Assembly: GCF_006345805.1 (NCBI RefSeq)
Contig: NW_021826323.1
Coordinates: 1-13,132, forward strand
DNA: 13,132 nucleotides
Origin: Octopus sinensis
Lineage: Eukaryota
Reading direction: 5' to 3'
Shown: one piece after another, positions 7,957-13,132 of the stretch
Layout of the letters: the number at the start of each line of letters is the position of its first letter
How positions within the stretch are numbered: position 1 is the first letter of the stretch
The notes under the pieces: model-generated
Databases searched by the model: none
Seen by the model: only the letters and a program-made list of their open reading frames with translations
Told to the model about the DNA's origin: nothing
Translations under genes and position numbers: made by a program

Positions 7957-8190
7957 TAAGCCTTGGCGTGATTTGAACTCAGAACACAAAGAGCCGGAGC
8001 AGAAATCGCAATGCATACAGTCCGACAGTCTTACTGTTTCCTAATCCACAGCCATGGATTGGTATTTCACTTTATCGACCCTGAAAGAATAGAAAGTAAA
8101 GTTGACCGCGATGTGATTTGAACTTAGTTTCCAGATAGTCGGAACAAATACCATGATGCATTCTATCCGACGTTCCAGCGATTTTGCCAA
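7957..8190 (-). mobile_element. Two old, degenerate family B-related SINE fragments
   Basis: gatttgaactcagaac and atcgaccctgaaag...aaagttgacc...gatttgaact...aaatacc...gattttgcca resemble the reverse complement of the family B head and body. Confidence 0.55.
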
Positions 8191-8439
8191 TAAAGACTTC
8201 AGCATCATTTGCTGATTAAAGGATTTTGTATAAACTGCAATCTAGTAGAATCGTTAGATGCACCTGAAGAAATTTTTTGCGGTATTTTTTCTAGTTCTTT
8301 TATGTTCTTATTTCAAATATAATCGAGATTAACTTTTTAAGACCACCACAAGGTCCAGATCGTAATGACCTTGAGTGTTATGCCAGCAGAACACAAAGTC
8401 TCATTTGCTGGACAAGTCAAAAGATAAAAGCCAGATTAA

Positions 8440-8747
8440 TATGGACCATCTGTTACCAGAAATACAAATGGGTTTGCATAAGGCCAACACCTTTACCTAG
8501 AAAGAAAAAAAGGGTCAAGTTATAGAAGCATCGATAACAGTTCACAACCTACAAGACCTGGGAGGGGAAGGCCTCCCCTCAGGAGAATGCGAAGCCGCAA
8601 AATCTGACTGGATGCAGCAAAACTACACGGCTGAGAGAAACAGGGATCAAACCGAAGATAAGGAGAAAGGACGGTCCAGGACAGGGAACATCAGAGAAAA
8701 GTGATTGATGGTCGATGCTCCATAGGGAATGAAGCGCTTAAGTGAGT
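8440..8747 (+). mobile_element. Degenerate 3' end of an RTE-clade LINE
   Basis: Frame 1 gives RGRP (8563-8574) and VQDREHQRKVIDGRCSIGNEALK* (8674-8745), with in-frame stops between. This resembles the RTE ORF C-terminus (RGRP...AQDR..WR..V.GLCS.G) followed by a TAAGT-like tail. The 5' boundary is approximate. Confidence 0.7.
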
Positions 8748-8840
8748 TTATTTGAGGGATTGATAAAATAGCTTAACAGGTCAAAGGTAGGAAAGTGGCA
8801 GAATTGCAAGAAAAGCAGCAATAATGTCTTAAGATATTTC

Positions 8841-9069
8841 GGTGAGCTGGCAGAATCGTTAGCACGCCGGGCGAAATGCTTAGTTGTATTTCGTCTGCCA
8901 TTACGTTCTGAGTTCAAATCCGCCGTGGTCGACTTTGCCTTTCATCCTTTTGGGGTCGATACAATTAAGTACCAATTACGCACTGGGGTCGATATAATCG
9001 ACTTAATCCGTTTGTTTGTCCTTGTTTGTCCTCTCTGTGTTTAGCTCCTTGTGGGCAGTAAAGAAATAG
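8841..9069 (+). mobile_element. SINE family B, full length
   Basis: TGGCAGAATCG A-box-like motif, GAGTTCAAATCC B-box, GTCGAT-ATA-ATCGAC hairpin (8988-9002), AAAGAAATAG tail. Confidence 0.9.
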
Positions 9070-9323
9070 GTATTTTTGTCACGGTTCTTTACATTCTAAA
9101 TTTGTAAGCCGTTGCGAAGACCATGATTATGTCAAGACAGCAAGATGGTGTCTTGCAAAAAAATTACCGGAAGGAAGGCAACAGGAAACCACTTTTGTAA
9201 TCCAAGTGAAAATTATAGAGCAAGCATTTATCGTTTCTCAAAGACGTCACTAATGATCTTTGGTCATCAGAGTGAGGAAGAAAGAACGTGAGATTTTTAC
9301 ACAAGGTTTTAAGTTAAATATTA

Positions 9324-9512
9324 GGCGTAGGAGTGGCTGTGTGGTAAGCAGCTTGCTTACCAACCACATGGTTCCGGGTTCAGTCCCACTGTGTGGAACC
9401 TTAGGCAAGTGTTTTCTTTTATATCCTCGGGCCAAACGATGCCTTGTGAGTGGATTTGATAGACGACGGAAACTGGAATAAGCCCGTCTATATATAATAT
9501 GTATACATACAC

Positions 9513-9575
<63 letters not shown>

Positions 9576-9716
9576 GTGTGTGTGTGCATGTATATATTTG
9601 TGTCTCTGACAACCGATGCTGGTGAATTTACGTCCTTGTAACTTGGCGGTTCGGAAGACACCGATAGAATAAGTACTAGGCTTCCAAAGAATAAGTCCTT
9701 GGGTCGATTTGCTTGA
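9324..9716 (+). mobile_element. SINE family A, 3'-truncated, long central (TA)n
   Basis: Colinear with 3703-4020. Ends at gggtcgatttgcttga. Confidence 0.9.
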
Positions 9717-9727
9717 TTTGCTGTTTC

Positions 9728-9803
9728 CGCACCGCCAGGAATTGAACGCACGACCTTATGATCTTAAGTTGGATACCCTAACCGCTAAGCCACTTGCCCT
9801 CAC
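9728..9803 (-). mobile_element. tRNA-like head of a third SINE type (isolated fragment)
   Basis: Minus strand GAGGGCAAGTGGCTTAGCGGTTAGGGTATCCAACTTAAGATCATAAGGTCGTGCGTTCAATTCCTGGCGG has an A box (TGGCTTAGCGG) and a B box (GTTCAATTCC) but no acceptor stem. Confidence 0.7.
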
Positions 9804-9808
9804 ATACA

Positions 9809-10012
9809 GTTGTCAAGCGATGTTGGTGGTGGTGGTGGGGGGTGACAAATACAGACACACAAACATACACACATACACATATATATATGTGTCGGCTTTG
9901 GTCGGCCCAAGGCCATAGTAGAAGACACTTGCCCAAGGTACCACGCAGTGGGACTGAACCCGGAACCATGTGGTTGGTAACAAGCTACTTACCACACAGC
10001 CACTCCTACGCC
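9809..10012 (-). mobile_element. SINE family A, 5' two-thirds with internal deletion
   Basis: Reverse complement starts GGCGTAGGAGTGGCTGTGTGG and ends at GCTTGACAAC. It lacks the GTGAGTGGATTTGGTAGACGGAAACTGAAAG block. Confidence 0.9.
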
Positions 10013-10480
10013 TATTGCATACAAACATATTGATACATATACATACAACACACATGCACACACGTGTGTGTGCATGTATTAGAATAATGTTATTTTAAAG
10101 TACTTTTAAGAACAAGTGATTATTTGCTGATTGTTATGTGTGTGTGTGTGTGTAACATGACGGTAGGCGAAACTAGAAGCCCCAGTAATCCTTACAATAC
10201 ATACACCAGACACACAGACACAAACACACATTATCTGTCTGTCTATCTATCTATCTCCATTTATCTATCTATCTATCTCTATAACATATGTATATATTAT
10301 ATATATATATATGTAATTGGTTATATGTGTGTGTGTGTGTGTGTGTGTATGCATGTATATACAAACATATACATAAATACGTAGATATATGCAAATACAT
10401 AATTACACACACACACACCGAAACCAAGCATACATCGGTCTCACCCCACCCACACACACACACATGCAAACACGCCCTAT

Positions 10481-10732
10481 TGCTATGACAACAGTCCCGA
10501 GTTTGTTTATGGTAAGTTTGTGGGTGTGGATGGAATGGGCAAAAGCAAGAAAAGGCTGATAAAAGCAACAAGAGAAAACAACTATAGCATCGAGGAATGC
10601 CTACTGGTTGCTCAACATAGAAACCTTTTTCCCAAAAGAATGTCAAACGGTGATCTTATTTCGCCTCGGTTTCACAGACTATCAGCTAAAATGTCGAAGA
10701 AGAAGAAGAAGAAGAAGAAGAAGAAGAGAAGA

Positions 10733-10736
<4 letters not shown>
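10481..10736 (+). mobile_element. Possible second RTE-like LINE 3' end with (GAA)n tail
   Basis: Open frame DNSPEFVYGKFVGVDGMGKSKKRLIKATRENNYSIEECLLVAQHRNL loosely resembles RTE C-termini (LYG...GRP.KRW.D....S.EE...AQDR) and runs straight into (GAA)n. Similarity is by eye only. Confidence 0.4.
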
Positions 10737-10780
<44 letters not shown>

Positions 10781-10798
10781 TGTAGTTGTCGTCGTCGT
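10696..10798. repeat. Compound (GAA)n(GTA)n(GTT/GTC)n trinucleotide repeat
   Basis: Directly visible. Confidence 0.95.
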
Positions 10799-10984
10799 AG
10801 AGGGTGGCAGTAAATAGGAGATGCGAGGGAGAAATCGGTGGGAGCACTGTGCGGTGACAGATGTAGGCTGCGGTGATAGATAATAGGCTGTGGTTTAAGT
10901 TAAGGAATTTTACAAGTAGTTGCTATCCCTTTATTGTATAAAACATTATATTGCCATGACAACCGAAGGAAAAATGTAAATAGA

Positions 10985-11249
10985 ACAAGAAAGAGAGAGA
11001 GAGAGAGAGACTAAGAGGAAAGGAAAGAAGAAGAGAGAGAAAGAGACAAAGGGAGTGAGAGAGAGACAGAAAAAGAATGGGAGAGAGAAGGAAAGAAAGA
11101 AGCAGAGAGAGGGATGGGATTGGGTTGTTTCTCATAATCAAGTCTTTATCAAATCCTTACAAATACCCCTGCTAATAATATTTATATTTCGCACCATATC
11201 TGACTCTTATCAATAAATAAATAAACTCATAATCCAACCACCTTGTATA

Positions 11250-11281
<32 letters not shown>

Positions 11282-11313
11282 ATAGAGAGAGAGAGAGATA
11301 TACATGTGAGTGC

Positions 11314-11351
<38 letters not shown>

Positions 11352-11430
11352 GTGTGTATATATAATAGATATACATGTGAGTGCATATAATATATATTAT
11401 ATATATATATATATATTATAATATATATAC
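10985..11430. repeat. GA-rich tract (~10985-11115) and interrupted (TA)n field (~11226-11430) with duplicated GATATACATGTGAGTGCATATAA (11297, 11368)
   Basis: Directly visible. Confidence 0.85.
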
Positions 11431-11433
11431 ATA

Positions 11434-11586
11434 CAGGATTCGCCAAAAGTCATCCGACAGTAAATCAAAATTCTATAAATATATCTGTAATTCTGTATTT
11501 AGATGCCTTTATTGAATTCATTCAGTTGTTAAACATAAATCTTGGAATTAAATGGTCTCGATTTACTGTCGGGTGACTTTTGCCTG
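11434..11586. mobile_element. MITE with 23-bp inverted arms (possibly Tc1/mariner-derived)
   Basis: CAAAAGTCATCCGACAGTAAATC (11444-11466) versus GATTTACTGTCGGGTGACTTTTG (11560-11582), 22/23 matching. The left end is TA|CAGG. The right end is CCTG|TC, with an apparent 6-bp deletion in the outer TIR. Confidence 0.7.
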
Positions 11587-11928
11587 TCTGTCTGTTAGTC
11601 TCTCACAGCATATTTATTCCTAGTTTGCATTCTAAGATATCGCGTACTAAGTACTTTAACACAAAATCATTTCTTCAAAATGTTAATATCTATAGAAAAA
11701 GTTATGCAAAGAACTTTTTAATTGGAAGTTGACGTCATCAAAGATAAGTTTGGAATTTTAATTTAGACAACAAACTTTTAGGTTTCACTTTTTATTTAAA
11801 GAGATTTGTATTTGTATCATAACGAGCGGAAATGACCCACCGAAAGAGAGAGAGCCACCACGAGGCAGGGCGATGGGAGAACATTTCCACGTAAAAGAAG
11901 GGAGAACATATTCTTTCTCACTTTAGAC

Positions 11929-12141
11929 CAGTGGTTTTCAACCATTTTTTAAAATCTATGGCCCCTTTAATTCCCATTTTGCTCAGGTGGACCCTTATAA
12001 CCATTTAATGTTTAAAAAAATCCAATTATATTTTTATAAATAAAAGTTGCTAAAATATTTTGTGCGTGCTGATACATTTTAACAACAAAATCTCATATGG
12101 TTCCCACCAAGGGCCATATGGACCCCGGTTGAGAAATACTG
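11929..12141. mobile_element. hAT (Charlie-like) MITE
   Basis: TIRs CAGTGGTTTTCAACC and GGTTGAGAAATACTG (12/15 matching). 8-bp TSD CTTTAGAC (11921-11928) versus CTTGAGAC (12142-12149). Confidence 0.88.
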
Positions 12142-12525
12142 CTTGAGACAATATATGTTTGTAGTGTACGTAATTCACTGATGTTATTTCGAACTTATTT
12201 TGTCTCTTCAGTCAATGCTACCCACCGGACCGGTAAATCTCTCAAAACTGCAGACTTTAGTTTATTGAAATCAACAAACAATTTACTGATGCGTGCTGAA
12301 GTCTTCCTAACCGAGAATAATTCATGAACTGTAGGCAGAGCAGCGAGAATCAAAATAACAATATATCTATTCATTCTTAATAGTTCTTGTAGACTCTGTT
12401 AGTTTCATCTGCCCAGTGGGGTAGCTTTGATACAGAAGACGGACAATAAGGTCGAAACACCGTGACGTCTCAAAGTTCTCTTACAGCGGTGAATTACGTG
12501 CTTTTTCAACACACATCGTGTAAAG

Positions 12526-12600
12526 CAGTGGACCTTAACCCCCTTTTTTTTTTGTAGCGTCCCCACCCTTTTAAGTCACTTAAGTGACGAGTGAGAATAT
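12526..12600. mobile_element. Possible left end of a second hAT-like MITE, interrupted by a SINE
   Basis: CAGTGGACCTTAACC resembles the TIR at 11929 and is preceded by GTGTAAAG. No right TIR is visible in the window. Confidence 0.4.
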
Positions 12601-12830
12601 ACTCTTTACTCTTTTACTTGTTTCAGTCATTTGACTGCGGCCATGCTGGAGCACCGCCTTTAGTCGAGCAAATCGACCCCGGGACTTATTCTTTGTAAGC
12701 CCAGTACTTATTCTATCGGTCTCTTTTTGCCGAACCACTAAGTGACGGGGATGTAAACACACCCAGCATCGTTGTCAAGCGATATTGGGGAAAAGACACA
12801 ACCGACAACACACCACACATACATATATAT
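12601..12830 (-). mobile_element. SINE family A 3' half (tail to central microsatellite)
   Basis: Near-identical to 91-300: actctttactcttttacttgtttcagtcatttgactgcggccatgctggagc... Confidence 0.9.
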
Positions 12831-12832
12831 AC

Positions 12833-12872
<40 letters not shown>

Positions 12873-12873
<1 letters not shown>

Positions 12874-13132
12874 GGAGTGGCTGTGTGGTAAGTAGCTTGC
12901 TAACCAACCACATGGTTCCGGGTTCAGTCCTACTGCGTGGCATCTTGGGCAAGTGTCTTCTGCTATAGCCCCCGGCCGTCCAATGCCTTGTGAGTGGATT
13001 GGTAGACGGAAACTGAAAGAAGCCTGTCGTATATATGTATATATATATATAAGTGTGTGTGTATATGTTTGTGTGTCTGTTTTTGTCCCCTTAGCATTGC
13101 TTGACAACCGATGCTGGTGTGGTTTTACGTCC
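12873..13132 (+). mobile_element. SINE family A, runs off the window end
   Basis: aggagtggctgtgtggtaagtagc...ggttcagtcc...cttgggcaagtgtc...(TA)(TG)...gcttgacaaccgatgctgg. Confidence 0.9.

Noticed and set aside
9728-9803. Possible tRNA gene
   Set aside because: A and B boxes are present, but I could not form an acceptor stem or a clean anticodon arm. Better explained as a SINE head.
10052-10077. 12-bp perfect inverted arms ACATGCACACAC-GT-GTGTGTGCATGT; also the 14-bp palindrome GTCACTTAAGTGAC at 12575-12588
   Set aside because: The first arises from abutting CA/TG microsatellites. The second is isolated, probably repeat-internal, and has no supporting context.
10495-10511. 17-nt microexon candidate before a perfect GTAAGT donor
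   Set aside because: The acceptor lacks a pyrimidine tract, the length is not a multiple of three, and it lies in the putative RTE remnant.
10851-10894. 2.3 copies of a 19-20-bp unit gcggtga(c/t)agat..taggct
   Set aside because: A small local slippage duplication with no further structure.
11730-11737. Perfect CRE palindrome TGACGTCA
   Set aside because: A single 8-mer with no promoter context. One hit in 13 kb is not unexpected.
12170-12215. Minus-strand CTGAAGA-GAC...GTTC-GAAA-TAAC-ATC hammerhead-like string
   Set aside because: Stem I pairs only after skipping two bases, and stems II and III are marginal. Consistent with chance.
268-13107. Recurrent ORFs with motifs such as VPRSGTEPGTMWLVSKLLTTQP or HMVPGSVPLRGTLGKCLLL
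   Set aside because: These are translations of the family A SINE head in different frames and copies, not a gene family.

Overview
AT-rich, repeat-dense eukaryotic non-coding DNA, probably intronic or intergenic. The SINE families resemble those I recall from Octopus (inference, no database search). I find no credible protein-coding gene: the ORF-track entries are microsatellite, low-complexity or SINE read-throughs. The window holds about 10 copies or fragments of a tRNA-derived CORE-like SINE (family A), several copies of a second tRNA-derived SINE (family B, including a head-less tandem array), a non-autonomous Helitron, several MITEs, one clear and one possible RTE-type LINE 3' end, and many simple repeats. 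The most interesting signal is a pair of ~183-bp direct repeats (2061-2244, 2860-3041). Each carries a minimal type I hammerhead ribozyme motif on the minus strand, with a variant core (CCGAUGA...GAAA, palindromic AGCU loop III, GUA cleavage triplet). The two predicted cleavage sites are 801 nt apart, an arrangement resembling Penelope pLTRs or retrozymes.
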